A stretch of DNA of 64,000 nucleotides. It comes from Laetmonice hystrix. Taxonomy: Eukaryota. The notes under the pieces were generated by a model. That model saw only the letters and a list, made by a program, of their open reading frames with translations. It was not told where the DNA came from and made no database searches. Every line of letters begins with the position of its first letter. The stretch's first letter is position 1. The DNA is taken from NCBI GenBank assembly GCA_965235115.1, contig OZ249447.1, positions 20,274,001-20,338,000 of the forward strand, written 5' to 3'. This document shows, one piece after another, positions 1-12,440 of this stretch. Both the position numbers and the translations under genes were made by a program.

Positions 1-140
1 GTTTACACACACCTGGTTAACGAGATATCTACCATGTAATCGGCTCTGACTGTGATTATCATGGCAGCCTGTTTACACACACCTGGTTAACGAGATATCT
101 ACCATGTAATCGGCTCTGACTGTGATTATCATGGCAGCCT
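1..140. repeat. 70-bp tandem repeat, 2 copies visible (may continue upstream)
   Basis: gtttacacacacctggtt...atggcagcct repeated at 1 and 71. Confidence 0.9.
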
Positions 141-2400
141 GTTTCACCCAGGTTCAGAGCTCTCTGGTTTTGATCGCGTCCTGTTTTATCCACGGTAATT
201 TGTTTGATTGTGTTTTCTGTGGCAGGCCAGTCAATCATCCGACACTTGTATCCATCGCATGAGAACGGCTTTTTGTGTGTGTTGATACTGTGCTTTGACA
301 GGGAATCCAATAATAACCAAAGAGAATTACTAGTTGGCTATTTTTGTCTAAAGTAGTATTATAATGAGAATCGTCTCAAAGTTACATTCATGACCCGGTT
401 GGTCATTATTGGTCTAGGAGTATTAAATCTGCCTTTGGTGGTGCCAGTCTCTTATAATATGTTACATGCGAGAGCCGCTCAACGGTACATTATGCTTTAG
501 TAATGTAACTTTAATGAGGGCCTACGTAACGTAAATTGCCATCACTGTTTTTACGTAGATATTGAATTAATAAGTCACGCTCTTAAGTCTCGGCTCCGCC
601 TCGAGCCTATAGGGGCATGAAGCATTCCGCCCTTCTTCCAGCATGCAATATCCATTGGCTAAATCAAAGTTTTCAGAGGTAGAGCCTTAAATTAGAGAAG
701 GCTGCTACAGGACAGGCATATTTCAACCCAGTCTTTTCTCCCATATAAAACGATTACTGAACAAAAAACCGTTTTCTAAAGTTGCGTCCAAGTTTGTAAG
801 GAGTTAGATGGTTTCTTGTTCTATCTGTGGGAGATAGGAACATTGGAATGTGAACGTTTCCCAGGGGCCACGAGACCGGGGAGAATTGTTGAGATTTCCA
901 ACTGAACACCCTGAACGTACATCCCCCCCCCCCTACTCATGGCGTATGTAAGTATCTTTGAGATCTTCAGACAGCAAACGATGTGCGCTTACTGTCCTTT
1001 GGGGGTTAACGATATAGAGGCAATGATTATCTTTACCATCTTCCTACCAGGCGCCTAATTATTACTACATCCATATCTTAGCATCCATCTGAGTGCTATA
1101 CAGTGGTTGGACCAAGGTCATCAGGTTTTCTTGCATCTCTATATCAATCCAACTTCCCGTCCCCCGTCTATGAAGATTTACAGCTCATTTAAAACGGAAA
1201 GAAAATTCCCATCAGTGCTGATGAAAACTGTATGTGCAATCAAAGATTGCAATTAATTTTTGACGAGTGGGACAGAGATTGCTGTGTGAGCCAGGCAGTG
1301 TAACCGTGGCCGGTGTGGAAGGTACCGGCGGGACTGATGTGGCGGAGAGGTAGGCCGGATTCTGCCCGCCCAGTCAGCACAAAACGACGGATCGTACCGT
1401 GGAAAACGGCCCAAGGGATGCATCTGCTGCTCCGGCTGCTCGCACTGCCGACAAGTCCACAAACACAGTGGCGGGTTTTTTTCTTCACGGCGGCTGGTTT
1501 GTTTGAAGGGCGAGTCACAAGTTGGCAGTCCATCCAAGTGTGACACATTACAGAAGTTTTGTTGTTAAAGGTGCTATTCGTGAAAAAAAAAATCAATTTT
1601 TTTATTTTTAATTTTGTTGACGTTTATGTGATCCCACCTATCATGGAAATAGATTCAAACCAAAGGAAATCAAAATTTTTCATGGATAACGGCACAAATG
1701 GGGCTCTCTCAGAAGGCCTGTGGAGACCCTGACACGCCCCACCATAGGAAATGGCTCTATCTCGGTGCGCACCGAGATAGGTTTCAAATGCTGCACACGA
1801 ACTAATAGAAGGTTTATCAGGCCAATGGTATCGGTAGGAATTGTTTCTAGTACTATGTGCACAATGTATGATAGGAGAAATGCCATTCTGTGCGAGACGA
1901 ATAGCACCTTTAAATCTAGATGTTGTTCGACTGCGCTGCATTTGTAAATTGGCTGCCCGTGTTTGTGTGCATTAAGGCTTGGAGCTATGAAGTGTGGCTG
2001 TGAGCCATGAAGTCGGTTTAACTTTGTATTGCTTTGACTGAAATGGTACTAGGCTGGTCATGCTGCTTGAGTAAGACCGTTTTACAGTGTATAGAGGACA
2101 CAGAGTAAAACCATTGGAATTGGTCCCATTTCATGTCACTTTATGTTAAGACTTGCCAAATGTCTGCCAGATATTCATAAACAGGCTGAGGGTTTTTCTT
2201 AGATGTCGGCGGCAGGTTTCATGAAAGTTTAGGAGATATGATGAGACAGTTTACAGTTGAGAGAAGATCGTCAGACGGTGTCGAGAAGCGATTCCGATCT
2301 CAGTGTCGGAGGGCAAGATGTTTTGTGTAAACCGTGGAAACTATTTAAACACAGTCATGCGTATATCGAGCAACTCCTTGAGCCATACATAATTACTTAT

Positions 2401-2474
2401 TTTGACAGAAACAACTGTTAGATAGGTTAATCGTTTATTTGACAGAAGCAACTGTTAGATAGGTTAATCGTTTA
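2401..2474. repeat. 37-bp tandem duplication
   Basis: tttgacagaarcaactgttagataggttaatcgttta x2. Confidence 0.85.
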
Positions 2475-2504
2475 CGTGAACTCTGACATGGCTCAGACAA
2501 CGAG

Positions 2505-3017
2505 GATAATCACCAAGTCCATGTACATGAGATTGATAATCACCAAGTCCATGTACATGAGATTGATAATCACCAAGTCCATGTACATGAGATTGATAAT
2601 CACCAAGTCCATGTACATGAGATTGATAATCACCAAGTCCATGTACATGAGATTGATAATCACCAAGTCCATGTACATGAGATTGATAATCACCAAGTCC
2701 ATGTACGTGAGATTGATAATCACCAAGTCCATGTACGTGAGATTGATAATCACCAAGTCCATGTACATGAGATTGATAATCACCAAGTCCATGTACGTGA
2801 GATTGATAATCACCAAGTCCATGTACGTGAGATTGATAATCACCAAGTCCATGTACGTGAGATTGATAATCACCAAGTCCATGTACGTGAGATTGATAAT
2901 CACCAAGTCCATGTACATGAGATTGATAATCACCAAGTCCATGTACATGAGATTGATAATCACCAAGTCCATGTACATGAGATTGATAATCACCAAGTCC
3001 ATGTACATGAGATTGAT
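2505..3017. repeat. 30-bp minisatellite, 17 copies
   Basis: gataatcaccaagtccatgtac(a/g)tgagatt. Confidence 0.97.
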
Positions 3018-3624
3018 TTCGAGCCTGAGCGTTTTAGGGTAATTAGGGGTTGTTCCGCTAGAGGGCGTCGTTGGTCAAGGAGCGGGTAAAAACCCCCGCT
3101 GGTGATAACAGTAGCGGTAAACGGGGTCCTGTCCAATAGGACCCTTTTTGTGTTGATTGGGTGATGATAATGAGGCTAGGTGAGGGGTAATTAGAGGTGT
3201 CAGTAACAAGACGAACGTGCATCTCCACCACACCCCACCACCCCCACACCCCCACCCACCCACCCACACCCTAGCACGTGCCTCGTTTAACCCGTAGGTG
3301 TGGAGAGTCTGACCTGAGGACCATACTGCCCCCTACAGGTCTTCTGTATCTCACCCGCCTCACCCACTCATGCCCAGAACCTGTGGCCAGTATTCCACAG
3401 ACGACCACAGCAGATCTACAGCACATGTCCTGTGGTATCGATATCGATAAAATGTAATAAAAGGATATATTTAACTAATAATAAGTTGTTGTTTATGTCC
3501 AAATTTGTTCTAATGTGAGCTCTTTATCTGTTGCAGGTTTGTGACCCATTCCATTACGACTCAACCCATCGTCAGGTAGGCCGGTAGGACCGGAACTATA
3601 AATATAAAATATATCAGTGATAAT

Positions 3625-3810
3625 AATTATGGCAGCCTCATGGGCGCAGGGGCAAGATTCCGCAGTCTCACGGGTGTTGGGGCAAGGTTCCTCCGCCTCA
3701 CGGGCGGAGGGGCAAGGTTCTGCAGTGTTACGGGCGGAGGGACAAGGTTCTGCAGTGTTACAGGGGGAGGGACAAGGTTCCGCAGCCTCACGAGCGGAGG
3801 GACAAGGTTC
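3625..3810. repeat. degenerate ~30-bp minisatellite, ~6 copies
   Basis: cctcacgggcggaggg(g/a)caaggtt(c/t)... Confidence 0.75.
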
Positions 3811-4075
3811 TATCCTGGTGAGGAATCTCAGACTTCACTCACAATGATCATGTAGTCTTTCTTCAGCGTTTGTAAGAGACTTAAATACATTTCAACAAAG
3901 AAAAATCCGCTTTTGTTCCCGGAAAATTAATTAGCAACAACGCATGAAAGGTTTCAGGCTGTTTTTTCTCCATATAATTATATTTTCTTTTGTTTTGAAT
4001 GGAAAAGTTGAAAGCAGTGATGGCAGTACAGTTTCAGATATTGCGCCTGTTATTTCGTAAACGTGTATGAAACGT

Positions 4076-5700
4076 ACGGCTAGGTGGGGGAGCGGCCATA
4101 TGTACCTCACGGCCAAGGTAACAGATTGGGGCGCTGAGGGAGCCACCATTATGTCCCTCACGGCCTAGGTAACGGATTGGGGCGCTGGGGGAGTCGTTAG
4201 AGGTAACTCACGGCCAAGATAACAGATTGGGACGCTGAGGGAGCCGCCATAGGTCCCTCACGGCCTAGGTAACGGATTGGGGCGCTGGGGGAGTCGTTAG
4301 AGGTAACTCACGGCCAAGATAACAGATTGGGACGCTGAGGGAGCCGCCATAGGTCCCTCACGGCCAAGATAACAGATTGGGGCGCTGGGGGAGTCGTTAT
4401 AGGTCCCTCACGGCCTAGGTAACGGATTGGGGCGCTGGGGGAGTCGTTAGAGGTAACTCACGGCCAAGCCGGTAACGAATTGGGACACTGCAGGAAGCCA
4501 CCATAGGTCACTCATGGCCAAGGTAACGGATTGGGGCGCTGGGGGAGCCGTTATAGGTCCCTCATGGCCAAGGTAACGGATTGGGACGCTGGGGGAGCCG
4601 CCAGGTCCCTCACGGCCAAGGTAACGGATTGGGGCGCTGGGGGAGCCACCATAGGTCCCTCACGGCCAAGGTAACGGATTGGGACGCTGGGGGAGCCGCC
4701 ATAGGTCCCTCACGGCCAAGGTAACGGATAGGGACGCTGGGGGGGGGGGGTCGTTATAGGTCCCTTACGGCCAAGGTAACGGATTGGGGCGCTGGGGGAG
4801 CCGTTATAGGGCCCTCACGGCCAAGGTAACGGATTGGGGCGCTGGGGGAGCCGTTATAGGGCCCTCACGGCCAAGGTAACGGATTGGGACGCTGGGGGAG
4901 CCGCCATCGGTCCCTCACGGCCAAGGTAACGGATTGGGACGCTGGGGGAGCCGCCATAGGTCTCTCACGGCCAAGATAACGGATTGGGGCGCTGGGGGAG
5001 CCACCATAGGTCACTCATGGCCAAGGTAACGGATTGGGACGCTGGGGGAGCCGCCAGGTCCCTCACGGCCAAGGTAACGGATTGGGACGCTGGGGGAGCC
5101 GCCACAGGTCCCTCACGGCCAAGGTAACGGATAGGGACGCTGGGGGGGGGGGTCGTTATAGGTCCCTTACGGCCAAGGTAACGGATTGGGGCGCTGGGGG
5201 AGCCGTTATAGGGCCCTCACGGCCAAGGTAACGGATTGGGGCGCTGGGGGAGCCGTTATAGGGCCCTCACGGCCAAGGTAACGAATTGGGGCGCTGGGGG
5301 GGCCGTTATAGGGCTCTCACGGCCAAGGTAACGGATTGGGGCGCTGGGGGAGCCGGTATAGGTAACTCACGGCCTAGGTAACGGATTGGGGCGCTGGGGG
5401 GGGGGGGCCGTTATAGGTCCCTCACGGCCAAGGTAACGGATTGGGACGCTGGGGGTACCGCCATAGGTCCCTCACGGCCAAGGTAACGGATTGGGACGCT
5501 GGGGGAGCCGCCATAGGTCCCTCACGGCCAAGGTAACGGATTGGGACGCTGGGGGAGCCGCCATAGGTCCCTCACGGCCAAGGTAACGGATTGGGACGCT
5601 GGGGGAGCCGTTATAGGTCCCTCACGGCCAAGGTAACGGATTGGGACGCTGAGGGAGCCGTTTAAGTCCCTCACGGCCAAGGTGACGGATTGGGACGCTG
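4076..5700. repeat. ~50-bp G-rich minisatellite, ~32 copies
   Basis: cacggccaaggtaacggattggg(g/a)cgctgggggagccgttataggtccct. Confidence 0.95.
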
Positions 5701-8398
5701 CGGAGAAGGCAACCTGGCGGTTCTAGCACTGTCAACTCCGTGCCCAACCACTGACTGGCTGTTGTCATGGAAACTGAACCTTTAGTACAATAAACCGCCA
5801 CAACACCAGTTGAGTCGACATTAAATATTAATAGGTTTACCGGACAACTGTGAGCACGTCGGAGGCAGCAAAGACATTTGTGTATATATGATTGCGCAAA
5901 CAAATAGATGATGTATGGGGAAGGTCGCCTTTGGGCCTGAGTAATATTGAAGTGGATTTTTCTATTCATATTCAATTATATCCAAATGGCGTACTGGAAG
6001 AGTTCTGTATGTGACTGTGGAATAAATAACAATGCCACCTTTTCGGACGTATTTAGGGCCGTCATACGTAGGGTCATTGAAGTTAAATGGTGTCTTCATA
6101 GTGTCAATAAAGGATGACAGTTACAAAATCTGTACAGGAATATATCACTCCAGGATGAGAGGCACTATAAGGGGAGTAAAACAGATTTGTAACAGTTATT
6201 CCTTTATTCCGTATGAACGTGTGCCTGGTCTTTTCTACTGTTAAATGGGATAGATTTGTTTATTAGAAACAGTTAATTCTTAAATATTCGGTGTAATTGC
6301 AGTATCTCTCTGCAGAAAATGGAACGTAAGACATTGTAATTACATTGTGAAACTTACCGTCCCAGAACGTAATGACTTTTTTTTAATTCAGTGCCCTAGT
6401 TTGCTCAAATAAACTGGTAATAATATGCTAAATAGAACGGGGTGTGTGACAAATTGAAGAAAAAAAGTGAAAGAAATAGCAAATAATAAAATTGCCAAAT
6501 CTTACTAAATGCAAATTAAATAAATTTAGTAGTTTCAGGCGAACTCTCTTGGCCTGTGTTGCTTGTGTTATGTTTGAAACAGAGCTGGTCATGCCTGGAC
6601 AGGTAGTGTTATTGGTGAGGGAGTTCCTGTAGCTGGGGCTGATACAGGCCCAGGGAAAGCCAGCCGGGGGAGCCAGCCGAGGGAGCCAGCCGAGAAATAA
6701 ATGAATCTGTGGCCACTACTTACAGTCGTCTCAGATTGATGTCAGTGCTTGTTGCCAGGTGACTCAGAAGCACGTAATTAATTTCTAATATGGTGGAAAT
6801 GGCAGATAATCAAATAATTTGTCACGCACTTTACGTCTGCGGATGCCCCCAGGGGGCGCTGTCCACATGTGTTGGACGCCGATTATTGCCGTTATGATTG
6901 GGTCACATGGTCTTAAAACTAGGATGAATGCATCTATTAAAAGGTAAAAACAGCGGCAAATACTTTTTCCCCGTGTCCCTAGAGATGAGTCGTTATTTAT
7001 TTCTCGCTTCCTGTCTTGCTCATGCAACAGTGAGGCTGAGACGGATGGTCCCTGGAGAGAGCCGGGATTGTTTGAAATGGTGGCAGGCCTGCAGGCCCGG
7101 CCACCCGTCGCGTCGCGTGTCGTGTCGCGTCGATCAGTGCGATCGCTCGCACGTTCCTGTACATTGATCAGAGCATTTTGTCGGACGGATTTACGGACAT
7201 GAGGAGGGGGGGCAAGCGGTGTTGAGGAGGAAACAGAGAAATGTTATTCCTGGCATAAGTTCGTATCCCAGTATGAATAACTTGACTTACTCGCACAATT
7301 GACTTTGGGTTTATATAGCATAAAGTACGACTTTCTGTTTAAACAAAAAATGTACCGTGACGCAGTCATTACGATTTTAAGTTTTAACCTACGGGGCTTC
7401 CGTAGCAGTTAGCATTATAACCATTACCTTTTCTCAAATATACAGAACACATTAGGACTTCGTACATGGTCCTAGTCCTCCAGAAATTGTGGATGACTGA
7501 ATATGAATACGTTGGACCCAATGATTCAACTGATATCTGATTAAACATGGTAGTTAGGCCTTTGAAAGCCAATAATACTTGGGAGATTAAAGGAGATTAG
7601 GACAATATTATTCAGAAGATCAGCCAGTCCCAGGATATACCATTATGTAGTATATATATTCCGAAAGATGAGCATTTATAACTCATTGCCACAGAGCTGA
7701 TTTACCAGATCCAGAGATTGACAGTAATGTGAACGTAAGCTCAGTCTTGTCGACTAATTAGATCTCACTATCGGTAAGGGATACTGATTACTGAACTCCT
7801 CCTCGGAGCGAAATCCTAAAAGTCAAATTAGCCTAGCGGTACAGTGAGAGGATTGGAGAGATTTAGACTGATTTCATAAACTGACGCTTGTAGTGTGATT
7901 CTCCTTAAGCGTCTGTTTCACGATATGTTTAAATCGGTGGAAACTCCCGAGTTGATGATTATATTATTGTGGATAGAATTTTGTGGAGATGTTCGGAAGG
8001 AAACGGATCACAAGGATCACTGGTGGATGAAGCCAGTAAGAGTAAAGCGTTGAGGATTGAGGTGTCGTAGTAGAAATCGTTCTTACATCTCAGCTGTACA
8101 AACACGGACCGACAAACAGTCTCTACGAGTGACGTGTTCGGTTTGAATCAGCTGGTTAGATTCACTCCATCATCAAAGTAGACTTCACTTCATCTAACGG
8201 TGGCGGCCGGCTGCTTGCGCAAAGACGCCTCGTGGGTCGGTTGGGGGGGAGGCAGGTTTTTTTTTCTTCTTAAGATTGGGTGCAGCAGATCTACCAATCA
8301 GAAACGTTAAGCTGAAAATTAAGCAATATCCTAAGATATCAATATATATTTTACAGGTACACGTTGTTCAGGGGCACCAGCGGAGTGCTGTATTGGCA

Positions 8399-8543
8399 TA
8401 CACGTAACGACTGTTTAGTCGGCCGACGGCCACCAACGAAACATATCCATGTGTGTATAACGGGCGTTTTCCGTTTTTCTCCCGGCATACACGCGTCGAC
8501 TATAGTTGGGGGCAGTCGGCCGATGAAACAGTCGCTACGTGTA
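8399..8543. mobile_element. MITE-like element, family with (GG)CATACACG terminal inverted repeats, copy 1
   Basis: Left tacacgtaacgactgtttagtcggccgac vs right gtcggccgatgaaacagtcgctacgtgta; internal similarity to 11069-11259. Confidence 0.65.
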
Positions 8544-11068
8544 CGACAGGATGAGGCACGTATGGTTAAGCCCGCCGCATACTTGCAAGACTTGCAACCT
8601 GACAGTCGGCAGTTGGTTAGCGACTTTCAGTGTCTGAAGATTAAACATGTTTAGTCTTCAGTAGTCGCCAGAAGTTATTGGAGACTGCAGTTGGAGTTGG
8701 AGTTTTGTGGAGTTATTTAAAGTCTCTACAGTGTACGGCAGATTTTACAGGCATCGGTCATTTGTTGTCCGACACCCTGAATTGCAAATGCCATGCAATT
8801 GCGGATACATGTATATGGCCACAGTCGTGGTATTTTGTTTTTCCAATGCCTTGCAATAGAAATGACATCAGATTCCTAACAAACGCAGTACATTAGTAAC
8901 TCGAATGTATACTGGACCAGGTTTTTAGATGTTCCTTTTTTAAAAGACGGGACTCGTTCACTTCCTGACAAAAACTGTTATTCCGTTGTTAAAGAAAGCC
9001 TCTTATACTCGCCCGGCCCTGGCTATTTTTCTTGATTCCGCCCAGGGTGTTCATCCTTTGGTAATTTGATGTTTTCCTTCAGAAGTTCTTGGGGGTAGTG
9101 TCTGGGGACACTGCTTGGTGAAGAATCGAGACAGGAAAAGCGAAGGAGCCAGGATTAGGTGAACTGCGAGTCATAGTGAAAGGGGACAGAGGCTGTGAAC
9201 TGAAACAGTATTAGTGGTCGTGAACGTCGGTTAAGGACATTAGTTAATGGCCTGGTGTTGCCAGAGCCTCTCGCAGCATAGAAATGGCCTTCAAGTTTCC
9301 ATGACAACTGGGATTTAATAGAGATAAAAGGATAAAGATTAGACTGTCGGCGCGTCAAAGCGTTTTTTTAGGTGTTTTATGGGAAGGAGGTTCGAGGGGG
9401 TTACATAATGCTTCCCCCTCACTGATCAAATTGTAGTTTTGTGATTAAAAAATGTAAAGGTTTGTTTATAAAGGAAAGAAATACTGACATTCCTTGATAA
9501 AGAATGGTGACTGATTCCGTCTAGATTTTAACAGTATTTAAACTGGTTTGATTACTCTACGGCGAAACGGTTAACCTAAGACGGTAAATATACTATATTT
9601 AGTAACGTCGTGTGTGCTCGTAAGTATACGTTTACTATAAATATGATTCATGACATGATATGAATATGTAAATGAGTATTTAAGTGATGACTTTTTCAGT
9701 AAATACAAGTAGCTCGGAAATGTATGGCTGTTACAAGTAAGTGACGCCTCTGATGAGACATGAATGACAAGTCTGTCGAGCATGTCGGGAGGACTTCTAG
9801 TGATTCAGCAGACGATTGTACAGGGTGGTTCAAAGGTCACACCTGATAAAAATGACTTATATTACGCGTCGGATTAAATTGAGTAAAATTAAGGAAATGC
9901 TAAAATTTCTGGTCATGAACCTCAAGGGACGTATTGAAACAAACCGGAACAGCTGCTTGTCTTTGCCGCAATATGTCCAAAGTGATTTTATCACGCTCAG
10001 ATCTCAGTCCGTGATGCTTTATTTAACCAGAAGGTTCCTCTCTTGTCAACCCAGTTAACAGATTTCTGTGAAAATCGACATTGATTTTCTTCATCTCCCT
10101 TTACAGTTAAAGATGAACCCCGGCTATTTTCATGATATTTGAAACCTGTTGGGAGAAAATTACCGATGCTATTTCCTGGGTGTTTCTCTTTCTTCTACAC
10201 TTCGTCATCATACAGTGACCCAGCATTGAGGTCTGAAAGTTGTGTTTTTGGTCCAGCTGATGTCATATTCTGTCACCCTAGTAGCCGTGGGAATAGACTT
10301 CCAGCACCGACTAAGCTGTAGGTGGCAATTAAACAATGGGATGGCCCCGGGGTACACAGAGCACGCTTGTCCTCTACTCAAAACTGTTTATGTCGGGATC
10401 TGTCATCCCAACCCGCAGTGACACCTGGCAGGGAGAAAAAGGCAGCCGCCAGTCGTTATGTGTGGGCCGCCGAGTCGGAGAGAACACAGACCATCGTTTG
10501 TGTAAGAGATACACTTGTACTGTTGTGGGCGCTGTAACACAGAAAGTAACATTCCTTGGCACAGAGTCGCGCCATGAGACCAGCCAGCCACTGTCAGAGA
10601 AAAAGATTATTTATCTCTCTCTTTGACAATGAAATGATTCAGACGAAGTGAAAATAAGCGTCCCACCAAAAAAAAAAAGAATACGTTGTTGAATAGTTTT
10701 CGTCGGTAGTGATGGTAGCGGCGGTGTAGATATGTAGTACGTATAGTGTAGCAGCAGTGTGTGGATATTAGGGGTGAGAAATGAGGGATATCTTTTATTT
10801 TTACAAAAAGGATAGTCTGGTCGCCAGGTATAGAGGTGTGGGCGTTATTCAAATGAAGGAACTAGTATATCTTCCTTGAATGGATGAAACCCCCTCTGCT
10901 GGATAAATACGTGTAGTTTTCGTTATAATATCTGCTCAGTTTGTGTTTGTAAGTTGATATCTACACCTGTGGTGTGATTCACTTGTCAATGAGTGTGTCA
11001 AAGTTACAGATTGGGTATAGTGTATACAGCCGACCTGATGCTTGCTAGCCCGAATCCTTGTCTCTTAA

Positions 11069-11259
11069 GTCCGGCAAACACGTACCGACTGTTTGGTCGG
11101 CCGACTGTCCTCAGGTAAAATAGTCGATGAGTGTATCCCGAGCTCCCTGGCATCCAACTGGTTGTTAGGAGTAGTCGGGAGCTGTTGCCCGTATACACGC
11201 ATCGATTATTTAGTTGGGGAGAGTCGGGCGACTAAAATGTCGGAGCGTGTATGCCGGGG
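11069..11259. mobile_element. MITE-like element, same family, copy 2 (TAA on both flanks, PIF/Harbinger-like)
   Basis: Left ccggcaaacacgtaccgactgtttggtcggccgact vs right agtcgggcgactaaaatgtcggagcgtgtatgccgg; taa at 11066-11068 and 11260-11262. Confidence 0.65.
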
Positions 11260-11862
11260 TAAAATAACTGTATAGAATCATTCGATGTCCCCATGACCGG
11301 CCTCAGCATCTGCTCAGCCACATAACCACATAGAAAGCATGTGGTGTTCTCAGCGGATGTTTGGGCTCAGACTTTCCCCAAGAAAGACCACACCTATGGG
11401 CCACGATCTGGATCTGTGTGATTCCTCGCATCTCACAGCCTGGCCTCGTGCTAGTGTGCAACTCTACCGCCAGGTGGCCGGATCAGCCAGAAAACGGAGT
11501 CTTATATCTCCCCCCCCCCCGAGTATTTAGGGGGGACGGAGACTTATTTGAACAGAGACTGTGTGGTAGATCGGACCCGTACCGAGTAATGTCCAGCCAT
11601 CCATCAGGCCCAGTGATAGATAGACTGTTAGGTTCACCCTGCCACATCTTGTCTCCAATGGCAACCGTAGCGATCCATTTGATGGGTGTTGCTGATAACA
11701 GTTTAGCGGTGCTTCCTGGGACAGGCGCAGGTGACATGAAGCCATCAGTGAGCAGGAAATCTGTGAAGCCCTTCCGTGCCGAGTAGGATCTTAAAAAAAG
11801 GACAAACACAAAACAGAACAGCTGTAATGGTGGTGTTAGAATATAGGTTCGATGAAAATAAG

Positions 11863-12440
11863 GGTCAGTTCAGCCTTGGGTGTGATTGACAGTCGCCCTG
11901 AGGTTTCACTGAGGTCAGTTCAGCCCTGGGTGTGATTGACAGTCGCCCTGGGGGTTCACTGAGGTTAGTTCAGCCTTGGGTGTGATTGACAGTCGCCCTG
12001 GGGGTTCACTGAGGTTAGTTCAGCCTTGGGTGTGATTGACAGTCGCCCTGAGGTTTCACTGAGGTCAGTTCAGCCTTGGGTGTGATTGACAGTCGCCCTG
12101 GGGGTTCACTGAGGTTAGTTCAGCCTTGGGTGTGATTGACAGTCGGACGCTCTCAGTTTTCATTAAGGTTAGTTCAGCCTTGGGTGTGATTGACAGTCGC
12201 CCTGAGGTTTCACTGAGGTTAGTTCAGCCCTGGGTGTGATTGACGGTCGCCCTCAGTTTTCACTGAGGTTAGTTCAGCCCTGGGTGTGATTGACGGTCGC
12301 CCTCAGTTTTCACTGAGGTTAGTTCAGCCCTGGGTGTGATTGACAGTCGCCCTCAGTTTTCACTGAGGTTAGTTCAGCCCTGGGTGTCATTGACAGTCGC
12401 CCTCAGTTTTCACTGAGGTTAGTTCAGCCCTTGGTGTGAG
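11863..12440. repeat. 50-bp minisatellite, ~11 copies
   Basis: g(t/c)agttcagcc(t/c)tgggtgtgattgacagtcgccct...cactgag. Confidence 0.95.

Noticed and set aside
2476-3042. ORFs MRLIITKSMY / MYMDLVIINL repeats; likewise repeat ORFs at 27216-27744, 34121-34651, 35177-35678, 43034-44121, 46785-47528 and 61836-62570
   Set aside because: Translations of minisatellites with no unique coding context.
6316-6325. 10-nt segment between a strong acceptor (ctctctgcag) and donor (gtaaga)
   Set aside because: Not a multiple of 3 and has no compensating partner; such pairs occur by chance in long introns.
11627-11751. Peptide ...DNSLAVLPGTGAGDMKPS|gtgagc resembling the Sema 'SLAFVGT..G.LKK' strand
   Set aside because: Resemblance is weak, the key F-x-GT motif is absent, and there is no good acceptor.
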